Shown: positions 29,037 to 39,047 of the stretch, in pieces
Position numbering within the stretch: position 1 is the stretch's first letter
Layout of the letters: each line of letters opens with the position of its first letter
Source: a virus
IMG/VR virus record: IMGVR_UViG_3300025626_002025
Strand: one strand, 5' to 3'
DNA length: 64,000 nt
The notes under the pieces: generated by a model
Databases searched by the model: none
What the model was told of the DNA's origin: nothing
What the model saw: only the letters and a program-made list of their open reading frames with translations
Program-made: the position numbers and the translations under genes

Positions 29037-30332
29037 TTAGGTTTTTCTTCTACGTCTTGCTTGCCAATAACGAGTTTTCATTTTAAATTTCTCATTAGTG
29101 GTTGTGTTTGTCCATTCTATTTCTGTTTCATAAGTTCCCTTACCTATACTTCCCCTACCAAAAGTAACTGTTTTCTTACCAGGTGTTGAACCACCATCAG
29201 GACTTGCAGGAATAGTAAGTGAACTAGGAACACCTGTTAACCATTTTTTGTTGTTAATTACAGTTTCCGTTACGCTAAGTGTGATTGCTTCTTCACCTAA
29301 GTTATACCAATCATATTTAAGACCAGTTAATCTTCCCCTATCACCTTTCTTTCTATCATCCCATCTAGCAGCTTGTTCTGTTTTTCTATTTTTACTTGAT
29401 GGATGAAGTGCCCAACCAACTGTACCCTTAACTTGGAATTGTCCTTTATCCTCAACTAACCCCAATAAACTTGTTTGTTTAGCTGCCTCAACTTGTTGTT
29501 CCGCTGCTTCTTGTTGTTGTTCGGCAACTTGTGCCTGTATCTCTTGTTGATTTTGTAACGATTTTACAATATCTTGTTGTGATGCTAATTGTGCTTGTAA
29601 GGTTTCTTTTTGTGCTTGTAATCCCTGAGCTTGTGCAGATAAAGATGCTCGTTCAATACCTTCCTTTGTACCCTTTATTAAAGAAGTCTGAAAATCTTTT
29701 AGTAAATCACTATATCTATCGGTTGCTTTTTCGGTTTCTATAATCTGTGCATCAAGTTGAGCTTGACATGAATCAAGTTGTGATTGTAAAGATGATATCT
29801 CCCCCTCAAGTGAAGCAATACTAGATAACGCATTATCTCGTTGTGAGGTTATTGTCTTTATTTGTTTTTGTGCATTTTCATACTTTTTTTCTAAACTAGT
29901 ATATCTTGGTTTAGGAACAAAATCACCTCTTTGAACTTTTTTGGGTTTTATTAACTCATCAACTTTTACATCAATTGCCTTTTTAAGTTCACTTTCATCA
30001 TAATTAGGTTTTTCAATGAAACCAGATGTTTCTCCCCCAAATGATTTTTGAGCTTCTAAATCCGCAAGACTCTTTAGTGGAGGCAATGTATCTACAAAAT
30101 CAGCTTTGAATTTTTTTGTATCGTTTGGAGATTTGATTGGCTTTTTACCATATGGTATAAATTTCTCTGGTAATTTTACTGGATATTTATAACCCTCTTT
30201 GAAAGAGTATCCCGGTGGTAACGGTTTACCATCTCTTTTGCGCACTCGGATTCCACCTCGTTCATCACGAGGAATTGCTTTAGAACCTTTTTTAACAAGT
30301 TCATCAATTCGAAATCTATCTTTTAACCCCAT
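29037..30332 (-). CDS. Hypothetical coiled-coil protein in the baseplate operon
   Basis: 431 aa with a long Q/E/A heptad region. Confidence 0.6.
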   Translation of the reverse strand: MGLKDRFRIDELVKKGSKAIPRDERGGIRVRKRDGKPLPPGYSFKEGYKYPVKLPEKFIPYGKKPIKSPNDTKKFKADFVDTLPPLKSLADLEAQKSFGGETSGFIEKPNYDESELKKAIDVKVDELIKPKKVQRGDFVPKPRYTSLEKKYENAQKQIKTITSQRDNALSSIASLEGEISSLQSQLDSCQAQLDAQIIETEKATDRYSDLLKDFQTSLIKGTKEGIERASLSAQAQGLQAQKETLQAQLASQQDIVKSLQNQQEIQAQVAEQQQEAAEQQVEAAKQTSLLGLVEDKGQFQVKGTVGWALHPSSKNRKTEQAARWDDRKKGDRGRLTGLKYDWYNLGEEAITLSVTETVINNKKWLTGVPSSLTIPASPDGGSTPGKKTVTFGRGSIGKGTYETEIEWTNTTTNEKFKMKTRYWQARRRRKT

Positions 30333-30333
30333 G

Positions 30334-31401
30334 TTATTTCTCTACGGTAAATGTTAAATCTTTATCACTAAAATATTCTACTACACCACTTCTTATTGTT
30401 TTTATTTCAATATAGTAATCTCTATTATATTCAAAGTTAGATAAATCTAATTTAAAATAATTACCATTGGTATCACAACTAACTTTTGTATAGTTATCAT
30501 TGAATGGTATTATTACATCACCTGTTACGATATCTTTTATTTGATAATATGTTGTAGATGGTAAATAATATAAATCATTATAAGCGTATGTATTTGTATA
30601 GGTTTTAAGAGGATACTTTTCTCTACCAAAAACTCTAATCATTGGTGTACTCCCTACCTTATATCTTACTTTTAATCTTTTAAACGTTACATTAATTTCT
30701 TCAGAAGTTAATTCTGTTAATGAACCTGTTGTAAATACCGAATCATCCCAGCCAATTCTAATTTTAGGTTGGTATATTGTTGCAGTTTCTTTACCGAAGA
30801 ATTTTAATTCTCCATAATCAACTGTATCTGCTTCTTTTGCATCTGAATGTTTTACTATAAATCCTTCATTTGGTAGTGTACCACCAATCCAACTATTCAT
30901 TGAACTGAGTACATTCATTTCTATATCACTCGATTGATATGAAAAATCTTGTGAACCAACCGAACCGGTGTACCATGTACCACCCTTTCCGTTAAAAGAA
31001 CCACTCGTACCACTCGCATATCCACCATCTCCTAGCCAACTTTCTGTGGATGTTCCTCTGTTTTCCCAACTTACACCATCGGTTGATATATCATCAAATC
31101 GTGTTCCAATGCCCATATCCCATGATTGTGATATAGGATATGCATAAATTGTGTAATCCATAGGAATCTCATTTGCATCAGATTCTTTTAATAATAAATG
31201 AGCAGAACTCATTGTGATATCTCCACTAGCAATTGATTGTGATAATGGAGTAGTATCAAATTTTATTAATGCTCTTGCATTATCTTTAAGATTACCATAG
31301 AAAGTTTTAGATACCTCAATTATCTCATCCAATCCAGTGTTTTGACTTGGTTGTTGTAAATAAATTGTTGAATCTTTGGATGATGTTACGAAATGATACA
31401 T
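30334..31401 (-). CDS. Baseplate-associated protein with a DNRLRE-like beta-sandwich
   Basis: KDSTIY...N.G...RALIKFD...SAHLLL...W...N.GFIVK...PKI pattern; directly downstream of the gp6-like gene. Confidence 0.55.
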   Translation of the reverse strand: MYHFVTSSKDSTIYLQQPSQNTGLDEIIEVSKTFYGNLKDNARALIKFDTTPLSQSIASGDITMSSAHLLLKESDANEIPMDYTIYAYPISQSWDMGIGTRFDDISTDGVSWENRGTSTESWLGDGGYASGTSGSFNGKGGTWYTGSVGSQDFSYQSSDIEMNVLSSMNSWIGGTLPNEGFIVKHSDAKEADTVDYGELKFFGKETATIYQPKIRIGWDDSVFTTGSLTELTSEEINVTFKRLKVRYKVGSTPMIRVFGREKYPLKTYTNTYAYNDLYYLPSTTYYQIKDIVTGDVIIPFNDNYTKVSCDTNGNYFKLDLSNFEYNRDYYIEIKTIRSGVVEYFSDKDLTFTVEK

Positions 31402-33413
31402 TATACTACTCTCCCTTTTAAATCTTTATTTGGAAACTTAACCTCAAATACAGAAGGGTCTACTGATGGATACACCATTTTACCCTTTGTTGCTGCTTGT
31501 ATATCATATGAATGTTCTGAGTATTTTCCTAAACACTTATTAGTAACTTCACATTTTGGTACAGATTGTACTCCCTCAATACTTGCTAGTAAAATTTCTA
31601 TTGCAGATATATTAATTGGCATATTAAACGTCCAATTATCTATATTAAAATATTGCTTTAATTCTGATATACATTTTGCAAGTACTTCTCTTTTATTATA
31701 TCCACCATAAACTCTTATTTCAAAATCAAGTCCTATGTTTATAACATACCCATCAATAATATTAATTCCATCTGTTAACATTCTATATTCTCCAATATAT
31801 GTTTTCAGATTTTCTTTAACTGCTCTATTCAATATAGATAAATTTTTATCTGAGTTATATCCAAGAATATATAAGTTAATTGCAAATGGATTATTTTTTT
31901 CACCAGGACTACCCTTTTTACTTTTTAATAATCTTTTAACTTCTTCTCGTGTTTCTGCATCTGATAGGTTTTGGTCTTTAACCATGTTAACCACACCCAT
32001 TAGTTCTTCAATTGAATCAGTATCTTTTAATAATGAACCAGGTGAGTTATTATCCAATTGACCATCTGGTGAACAATATGCCTTTGCGATTCCACCATAT
32101 TTAGGAGGCAATGCCAATGCTCTAACTTGATAATCTTTTCTTGTTACTGCTCTACCTTGTGAACCAAAGTTAGCTAATGCGTTTTCTCTAATCTCATCAA
32201 TAGTTTCTTCACCCCTACCACCAGTTGCTGGAGTTTCATTATCAACTGCTACCGAAGCTTTCATTTTATTATATAAAGTAGATTCGTTTTGTGAAAATGT
32301 TTTTACATCATCATCGAATTCAATTCTTTTTATTGATGTTAGTTCTCCCTTAGAAACATTAGAAGATACACCGCCACCCACTAGATAAGAAATTGTAAGA
32401 GTTGTATTTGAAGGTGCTTGTCCATAAGATGATGTTCTTAAGAAATTAGCAGGGTCAAACGTAGAACTCATTTTATCTATGGATGAATTTAATCCCAATC
32501 CAACATTTTTTGTACTTGGTATTAATACTTCATCATTTGTTGAATTACCACCACCAAATACTAGTGTAGTTGTATTATCTTGATTAATCTTAGTTACATA
32601 TCTTTTTGAAGTTTTCAATACTTTTAATATATTTGATACAGAATCTTTAAATTGAGCCAAATCTTTATCAGTTTGCTCTGAAACTGGATAATCAACATAT
32701 ACCATTTCTTGTGCTAAGTATGGAACTTGATACCACTTACCACCATTTGCATCTCGTACATCAAATACATCAATTACATTTTTATCTGCAAGATTTATTT
32801 TAGAAAATTGTTGAGGTGAACTAAATGTTTTAGTTACGGTTTTTAATGTAGCTGAAATTGCTTTTACATATTTTTTAATAAGGTATTGTGTTGCTTCTCC
32901 AGCTGAATCAGTATAAACTGTAATTTCTCTATCGGTTGCATCATTAAAATCAACAAGTTCGGTTGTTCTAAACTGAACATTTGTTTTAGCTGCTTCTACA
33001 ACCATACCTTCTCTTATTCTTAAGTAATAATCAGAATCTGGTCTGTTATCTTCTCCACTACCAATAGAAGGTGCTAATTGATACACCGCAATTGTTACGA
33101 TTGCAGGTGAAGTAACTTTTGGTTTATATCCCAAGTAGTTTGAAAGAGCAATTACATTTTGCTTATCTTCTGCATATAACATTAATGATTCTTTCAATGA
33201 ATCATCTGTATAGTATGACAATATATCTCCAAGATAAGATGCCATTTCTATGAACATCATACCAGGAGAAGATTCGTTAAAATCAGAATATGTTTTAGGA
33301 AAATAAGTTTTAGAGTATTCAATTAAGTTACTTCTAAAAGACGCAAAATCTTTACTTAGATATTTTATATCTCTTCCATTGTTACTTTTAAAATTAGCTG
33401 AGTTTAATGCCAT
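31401..33413 (-). CDS. Baseplate wedge subunit (T4 gp6-like)
   Basis: KDFASFRSNL...SDFNESSPG...LGYKP, YLVGGG..SN and ATGGRGEETIDEIR...QGRAVTRKDY. Confidence 0.88.
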   Translation of the reverse strand: MALNSANFKSNNGRDIKYLSKDFASFRSNLIEYSKTYFPKTYSDFNESSPGMMFIEMASYLGDILSYYTDDSLKESLMLYAEDKQNVIALSNYLGYKPKVTSPAIVTIAVYQLAPSIGSGEDNRPDSDYYLRIREGMVVEAAKTNVQFRTTELVDFNDATDREITVYTDSAGEATQYLIKKYVKAISATLKTVTKTFSSPQQFSKINLADKNVIDVFDVRDANGGKWYQVPYLAQEMVYVDYPVSEQTDKDLAQFKDSVSNILKVLKTSKRYVTKINQDNTTTLVFGGGNSTNDEVLIPSTKNVGLGLNSSIDKMSSTFDPANFLRTSSYGQAPSNTTLTISYLVGGGVSSNVSKGELTSIKRIEFDDDVKTFSQNESTLYNKMKASVAVDNETPATGGRGEETIDEIRENALANFGSQGRAVTRKDYQVRALALPPKYGGIAKAYCSPDGQLDNNSPGSLLKDTDSIEELMGVVNMVKDQNLSDAETREEVKRLLKSKKGSPGEKNNPFAINLYILGYNSDKNLSILNRAVKENLKTYIGEYRMLTDGINIIDGYVINIGLDFEIRVYGGYNKREVLAKCISELKQYFNIDNWTFNMPINISAIEILLASIEGVQSVPKCEVTNKCLGKYSEHSYDIQAATKGKMVYPSVDPSVFEVKFPNKDLKGRVV

Positions 33414-33417
33414 AATA

Positions 33418-33852
33418 TTATTCCTGTACTACCAATGTTATTTCTTGTAAATCAATATCGTTTCCAACTGTAAATTGTAAATTTAAATTTACTTGATTTT
33501 TATCTTTTAATTCACTTGCCATATCTACATCAATTGCTTCTATTCTAATGTAAGGTAACCAATACTCTACACTTTTTAAAATAGTTTGTTGGATGTTTTT
33601 TTTAAATTCAGTATCATCCATTTGTTCGAATAATAATGACCTTAGTCCTGAACCAAAGTCTGGCTGCATTATTCTTTCACCCTTTGCAGTTAATAACAAA
33701 TTTTTAAGATTAGCTTTTGCTTGCTCAAGTGATGTAAATGCTTGTGAAAAAAATCCTGTATTACCACCTTGTATTGGTAGTGTAATTCCATATGCATAAG
33801 AATCAAATTCTTCGGAATCTTTAAGTGTTTTTTTACCAAGTATAAATGCCAT
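33418..33852 (-). CDS. Baseplate wedge / sheath initiator (T4 gp25-like)
   Basis: NLLLTAKGERIMQPDFGSGLRSLLFE...WLPYI. Confidence 0.9.
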   Translation of the reverse strand: MAFILGKKTLKDSEEFDSYAYGITLPIQGGNTGFFSQAFTSLEQAKANLKNLLLTAKGERIMQPDFGSGLRSLLFEQMDDTEFKKNIQQTILKSVEYWLPYIRIEAIDVDMASELKDKNQVNLNLQFTVGNDIDLQEITLVVQE

Positions 33853-33869
33853 TACTCACTCCCCTTATC

Positions 33870-34457
33870 TTATTTTTTAAATTTCTTAACCAATGCAGAA
33901 TTATCTCTGTTTAGTATTTTATCAAGACCGGCTAAACCTGTCTTAACTCCAAGACCATTTTTACTTGGTCCTCGTGATACATCTCCATACCCCATTTTTT
34001 GTGCCATCTGTGTTCTCATTCCCTCAACTCCAGCTCCTGCTCCTTGAGATGTAAATGATACGGTTTTATCCATACTCTCTTGAATTGGTTCTTGTTGTGG
34101 TAGAGTATCTAATACTGATTTGCCTCCACCGGGTGTTCCTCCACTTGCTCTTTGTGCTTTTGTAAAGGGAGTTGTCATATTTAAAACCTCGTTTATAGAT
34201 TTGTTTTTAGAATATGTTTTCGTTGGTGTTGCTCGTTCTTGTTCTAACGCAAGTTCTACTTGTTGGAAAGGGTCTATCTCTTCACTAACGACTTGCGTTG
34301 AGGGAACGGCTACACCCCCCTTCACCTCTGCTAATCTTCTACTTACTTCCTCTTCCAATATCTTTGGAAAAGTTTTCGATAAAAAACGTTCTTGTTGTTT
34401 GGCAGTTTCTACCTCAACAAGAGTTCTTATTACTTTTATTAATTGTTTGTTGTTCAT
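33870..34457 (-). CDS. Hypothetical late protein
   Basis: 195-aa ORF with a TATTTATA motif about 20 nt upstream. Confidence 0.65.
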   Translation of the reverse strand: MNNKQLIKVIRTLVEVETAKQQERFLSKTFPKILEEEVSRRLAEVKGGVAVPSTQVVSEEIDPFQQVELALEQERATPTKTYSKNKSINEVLNMTTPFTKAQRASGGTPGGGKSVLDTLPQQEPIQESMDKTVSFTSQGAGAGVEGMRTQMAQKMGYGDVSRGPSKNGLGVKTGLAGLDKILNRDNSALVKKFKK

Positions 34458-34508
34458 TTTGATTCTGTTTATCTTAATATAAATATATTACTATTAATTT
34501 TATGGTTA

Positions 34509-35072
34509 TTAACCTGGTACTAAGTATGCTGGATGTATCAAAACACCAGGTGCTACGGGTGGTGGTGCACCAGGATAAATGGATATTGTTGAATACATAA
34601 ATACGGTTGTTGTTAGATGGGTTTGCATACCAGCTGCAAGTAGTGATAAAAAAGTACTTGTTTCATTGGTATTTGATAAAGGACCGATTGGAGACCAAGC
34701 ACCTGGATTCATACACACCGCTGCAGTTGTTGTTATGTTTTGAATTGCTCCAGTTGCTGGTATTATAGGAGGAATTCCAACTGTAAGTGTAGCACCTGTC
34801 CAAAACGCAACTACTCCCTTACCAATATCATCTGCAAATGTATGTAATCCATCACTTTTTGATAAAGCAGTTGCACACGCTATAGCTACCAACGCTTCCA
34901 TTCCTGCAGTATTTCCCGCAGATAATGGAATCATGTTTGTATCTTGAAACCCTCTCAAAATACACATATTATATTCTTGAGTAATCTTTTTAGCAAAATC
35001 AGAAAATGCACCTATACCACCTTGGTTGGTCATATAGTTTTCCATATTTGCTTTAAATGTATTGAATGACAT
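34509..35072 (-). CDS. Hypothetical protein downstream of the spike gene, possibly spike-associated
   Basis: 187 aa, rich in A/G/P, immediately after the gp5-like gene. Confidence 0.55.
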   Translation of the reverse strand: MSFNTFKANMENYMTNQGGIGAFSDFAKKITQEYNMCILRGFQDTNMIPLSAGNTAGMEALVAIACATALSKSDGLHTFADDIGKGVVAFWTGATLTVGIPPIIPATGAIQNITTTAAVCMNPGAWSPIGPLSNTNETSTFLSLLAAGMQTHLTTTVFMYSTISIYPGAPPPVAPGVLIHPAYLVPG

Positions 35073-35076
35073 ATTA

Positions 35077-36309
35077 TTACTCCGTATAATTTAAAGTAGA
35101 TAAAAATGTATTCAATTTTGATTTAATCTGATTAAAGGTAGGTTTGTTAGTTGGACCAGGTGCAGTTGGACCACATGGAGTTTGAAATACTTGTACATTT
35201 ATGGCATCAATTAACTCTTCCATTAATCCAAGTAGAGTTTCACCTCTTACCAAAGGTTCTGTTGTTTCTTCGGTATTTAAATATATTTCACCACTACCAC
35301 CTAAAAAATACATATTATTATCATTAGTAGTTGTTCTATATTCTCCATTTAAATCTATTTCAGCACCATCTAATCCATTATCGATTGTAAGCTTACCATC
35401 AGAAATAAATGAATAATCCCCTTTAGAAAAGAATATCATTTCTGAATCTTTAGAAGATAGTATTATTCTACCACTATTAATTAAAATTTGGTCTGTTGCC
35501 TTTAGTTCTTCAGGTGGGGTATGATATATAGGTTCAGTTTCAAATGGAACATCAGCAGTACCAGGAGTAAATGCTAACTCATAATCTCCACTAGTTATAG
35601 CGATAGTAGAACCATCTTCTACAACATCCTCTTCTGTTATTTCAAACTCTTTTAAATCTTCAATAGATTTATCATTTTGCCTATTTCTTATTAGTATAGT
35701 TGGAGCAAAAACATTTTCTTCATTGTTATATCCACTAAAACGAATTGATTGTCCAAATCTCGATTGTATTACCTTATCACCTTCATAATATACAAGTGGA
35801 TTGATTTGTGTTGGTTCAAAATATTCTCCAAGTTTATTACTTCTATCACCATCACCTCCTGAGTTTGGAGTTCCTGTTTGAGATGTTTCTGAATATCCGG
35901 ATGAATTTGAATCTGAGTTTTCTACTGGCAATCCTTGTAGTTGTGCATCCTCAACTGCATTACCTGCATTGATATCTATATTATGAATTCTTTTGTAATG
36001 TGAATTACCACCCACTTTAATTAATTCAACTACCTCACCAAGTAATGGAAGTCCTTCATCAATATTAAATGGTGGGTAATCATTTAAATCATCGAAATCA
36101 TATGAAGTATCTCCCTTTTCAACAATTTTAGCAAATCCAAGTACTGAATCTAAATCCGATACATCTGAAGTTATATCATCTGGTATTGTTATTGATTCAA
36201 ACTCTGTATCATTAATATGAACATATACTACGGTACCTGTAACTAACTTTTGTTTATTATTTTGATTGTTAGTTAAAAAACTAGAATTAGATTTTTGTAT
36301 TCTTTGCAT
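35077..36309 (-). CDS. Baseplate central spike/hub (gp5/gpV-like, no lysozyme domain)
   Basis: OB-fold PLLGEVV, EGDKVIQSRFGQSIRF, beta-repeat QILINSGRIILSSK, and EPLVRGETL...TPCGPT. Confidence 0.65.
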   Translation of the reverse strand: MQRIQKSNSSFLTNNQNNKQKLVTGTVVYVHINDTEFESITIPDDITSDVSDLDSVLGFAKIVEKGDTSYDFDDLNDYPPFNIDEGLPLLGEVVELIKVGGNSHYKRIHNIDINAGNAVEDAQLQGLPVENSDSNSSGYSETSQTGTPNSGGDGDRSNKLGEYFEPTQINPLVYYEGDKVIQSRFGQSIRFSGYNNEENVFAPTILIRNRQNDKSIEDLKEFEITEEDVVEDGSTIAITSGDYELAFTPGTADVPFETEPIYHTPPEELKATDQILINSGRIILSSKDSEMIFFSKGDYSFISDGKLTIDNGLDGAEIDLNGEYRTTTNDNNMYFLGGSGEIYLNTEETTEPLVRGETLLGLMEELIDAINVQVFQTPCGPTAPGPTNKPTFNQIKSKLNTFLSTLNYTE

Positions 36310-36719
36310 TACTCTCCAACCTTTTGTTTAAGTTCTTCTATTTCGTTAGTAAGTTCATCAACCTTAACATCTTGTTCATCTGCTACTTGTAAAATAGTTT
36401 CATCTAATTGTCTTAGTAGTTGTTCTTTTTCAATATCAGAAAGAAAACCAGTATCTCCTTCTGATTTTTGTGCTGCACCTATAATTCTTTGTGCAATTGC
36501 ACTCATCTTAATTAATGATTCATCGTTTCTGATTGATGAATCAATTAAGTCTTTTAGGATTGGTCCTATTACTGCCATATCCCCAGCATGTCTGATTACA
36601 TTTCTCATTTCTGAAATCAGTTCTGATATTCTTTGTTTCTTGTTTTGTTGATTATCATAGATATCTTTAAACAATCCACTAAGGTTTTTTCCAGGAAATA
36701 ATTCAAATTCTATACTCAT
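36309..36719 (-). CDS. Hypothetical late protein (helical)
   Basis: 136-aa ORF with a late motif upstream. Confidence 0.65.
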   Translation of the reverse strand: MSIEFELFPGKNLSGLFKDIYDNQQNKKQRISELISEMRNVIRHAGDMAVIGPILKDLIDSSIRNDESLIKMSAIAQRIIGAAQKSEGDTGFLSDIEKEQLLRQLDETILQVADEQDVKVDELTNEIEELKQKVGE

Positions 36720-36757
36720 GATTATACCATATTAGTTGTATATAAATATAGTAAACG

Positions 36758-36786
36758 AAAAAACCCCACTTTTAGTGTGAGGTTTA
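36758..36786 (-). terminator. Rho-independent terminator
   Basis: Minus strand AAACCTCAC-actaaaa-GTGGGGTTT followed by a T-run. Confidence 0.65.
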
Positions 36787-36820
36787 ATCTTAAACGCGTT
36801 ATTAGAATTACTTCTAATCC

Positions 36821-37051
36821 TTACTTCTTAATAATGTGGTACAGTACAAAAGCCCCTACAAGTCCTAACAGACCTTCAGCACTTAAACTTCCTAGAATGC
36901 CCATAATGTTATCAACTACTGATACTTCTGGCCAAAAAGGGATGTTTGTACCTTTGAAGAGTACTTCAAGTACAACTCCCAAGGCAATGATGCTAATACC
37001 AATTTTTGTTAATTCTTCAGCCCAAGAGCCTATTTTTTTCAAAAATTCCAT
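36821..37051 (-). CDS. Small membrane protein, 76 aa
   Basis: Two hydrophobic helices and an AAGGAG RBS; flanked by terminators. Confidence 0.75.
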   Translation of the reverse strand: MEFLKKIGSWAEELTKIGISIIALGVVLEVLFKGTNIPFWPEVSVVDNIMGILGSLSAEGLLGLVGAFVLYHIIKK

Positions 37052-37210
37052 ATTGTTCTCCTTTTGTTTTAATTAAATATGAATAACTTTTCCATCTTGC
37101 AAAACTAAGGGATATCCGTTAATAACTATGGTATATATGATAAAAAAAATTACAATATATATTCAACCTTCAATTAAATAAGTGTATTATGGGTTTATAT
37201 ATTTATGTAT

Positions 37211-37237
37211 AAAAAAACCCCACCGATTGGAGGGGTA
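37211..37237 (-). terminator. Rho-independent terminator
   Basis: Minus strand ACCCCTCC-aatc-GGTGGGGT followed by a T-run. Confidence 0.65.
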
Positions 37238-37334
37238 TTTTGTACTAACCACTTTATTATACGATTAGAGATTTCCGAGGTAATTTATAACTTAAAACAG
37301 TGTCCTCTATCTTTCAATAAGTATATTTTAATAA

Positions 37335-39035
37335 TTAAATAATTGTTTTTCTAATAATATAATTTCCAAGTACAAGAGTGTCCATTTCACAATCAAGGAA
37401 TGTTTTTATTGCATCTTCTGGTGTTAGAACCATTGTTTGGTCTTTTAAATTGAAAGAGGTATTGATAACAATTGGATACTCATTATCTATTTCAAGTTGA
37501 GTTAATAAAGAGTATATTCTTGGATTATCTTTAGAATCTAAACTCTGTATTCTTGCAGAATTATCAATGTGTGTTATAGCAGGAAGTTTATCAACGAATT
37601 CTTTCTTAACCTTTACTACTTGATTCATATATGGAACTAATCTATTATATTTAAAATATTTAACCTGTTTTTCTCTATGTACAATAGGAGCAAATGGTCT
37701 AAACCCTTCTCTTTTTTTAATCATCATATTTAAACGAGATTTCATTTGAGGGTCTCTTGGATTTGCTAATATAGAACGATTACCTAGTGCTCTTGCACCA
37801 AACTCCATTCTACCCTCAAACCAACCAATTATATTTCCATCAGTAATTTCTTTAGATATAATTTTTATTATTTGAGAATTAACTACATATTCTCCATAGA
37901 TATATTTCTTAAATTTATCAATAGTAGATTTTATAGATTCCTTTGAATACTCTGGACCTAAATATGGATTGGTGTTTATCTTTCTCAATGATACATTATT
38001 ATCATAGTAATAATGCAAAGCACATCCAATTGATGAACCAGAATCAGATGGTGCAGGTGGTATCCATAAATTATTATAAGAAGTTTTTTCTAATATCTTT
38101 CCATTTGCAGTTCCATTATACGCACAACCTCCACTTAAACATAAGTTACGAGATGATGATAACGAAAAAGCTTTTTCCAATAAATTAAAAAAATATTTTT
38201 CATATATAGCTTGTACAGATGCCGCTAAATCTTTATGGTCTTGTGTAAGTGGTTCTTCTGGTAATCTGTTTGGTAGTTCAAGTAACATTCCAAGTTTTTC
38301 ATTAAACATATGTGTATCTGAATATTCATATGTAAATAAATCCATGTTTAATTTAAAGTTACCCCCTTTACCTGATATAATTGAATCGAATTTATCTATA
38401 TACCTAGATGAATCACCATACGGTGCCAATCCCATCATTTTATATTCCCCTTCATTTGGTTTAAATCCCAAGAATGCAGTAAATGCAGAATAGAACATTC
38501 CAAGTGAATGTGGAAATTTTATTGAATCTAATTTTTTAAGTTTGTTTTTTGTTCCCTCATATATTGTAGTTGTTTCCCATTCACCAACCCCATCAACTGA
38601 AACTATAATAGCGTTATTGTATGGAGAAGTATAATATGAATACGCTGCATGAGATAGGTGATGTTCGGTAAACACAACATTTGTTTTACTACCAGTATAA
38701 GAATCAATATCTAACATTAATTCTTTATATGCAGTTTTGTTATTAATAATAATACTTTTTCTGTTAAAGTATTTTAATACTCCACCTTTTTTTGTAGAGG
38801 TTTCTATTCTATCTAATTTTTCAAAAGGAGCTTCATAGAAACAAATAGAATCTAAATCTTCTTTGGTTATAGAATACTTTTTAAATAACCAATCAATCGT
38901 ATTATGTGGAAATGAAGAATCGTGTTTTATACCTGTGAATCTTTCTTCTTCACACGCTCCTAACACTATACCATCTTTTATTAAAGATGCCGCTGAGTCA
39001 TGATATCCACAACTAATTCCTAATATATAACTCAT
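37335..39035 (-). CDS. Carbamoyltransferase (NodU/CmcH/TobZ family)
   Basis: HDSAA, EEERF, HHLSHA, DGVGE, EYKMMGLAPYG, SGGCAYN, EFGARALGNRSIL, KKREGFRPFAP and NTSFN. Confidence 0.93.
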   Translation of the reverse strand: MSYILGISCGYHDSAASLIKDGIVLGACEEERFTGIKHDSSFPHNTIDWLFKKYSITKEDLDSICFYEAPFEKLDRIETSTKKGGVLKYFNRKSIIINNKTAYKELMLDIDSYTGSKTNVVFTEHHLSHAAYSYYTSPYNNAIIVSVDGVGEWETTTIYEGTKNKLKKLDSIKFPHSLGMFYSAFTAFLGFKPNEGEYKMMGLAPYGDSSRYIDKFDSIISGKGGNFKLNMDLFTYEYSDTHMFNEKLGMLLELPNRLPEEPLTQDHKDLAASVQAIYEKYFFNLLEKAFSLSSSRNLCLSGGCAYNGTANGKILEKTSYNNLWIPPAPSDSGSSIGCALHYYYDNNVSLRKINTNPYLGPEYSKESIKSTIDKFKKYIYGEYVVNSQIIKIISKEITDGNIIGWFEGRMEFGARALGNRSILANPRDPQMKSRLNMMIKKREGFRPFAPIVHREKQVKYFKYNRLVPYMNQVVKVKKEFVDKLPAITHIDNSARIQSLDSKDNPRIYSLLTQLEIDNEYPIVINTSFNLKDQTMVLTPEDAIKTFLDCEMDTLVLGNYIIRKTII

Positions 39036-39047
39036 TAATATTTTTTA

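Noticed and set aside
37240-37324. CTTATTGAAAGATAGAGGACACTG loosely resembles the 5' end of a SAM-I riboswitch, and metK is nearby
   Set aside because: It lacks the GGCCC/GCAACC core and P1 partner and is not upstream of metK; kept only as an sRNA candidate.
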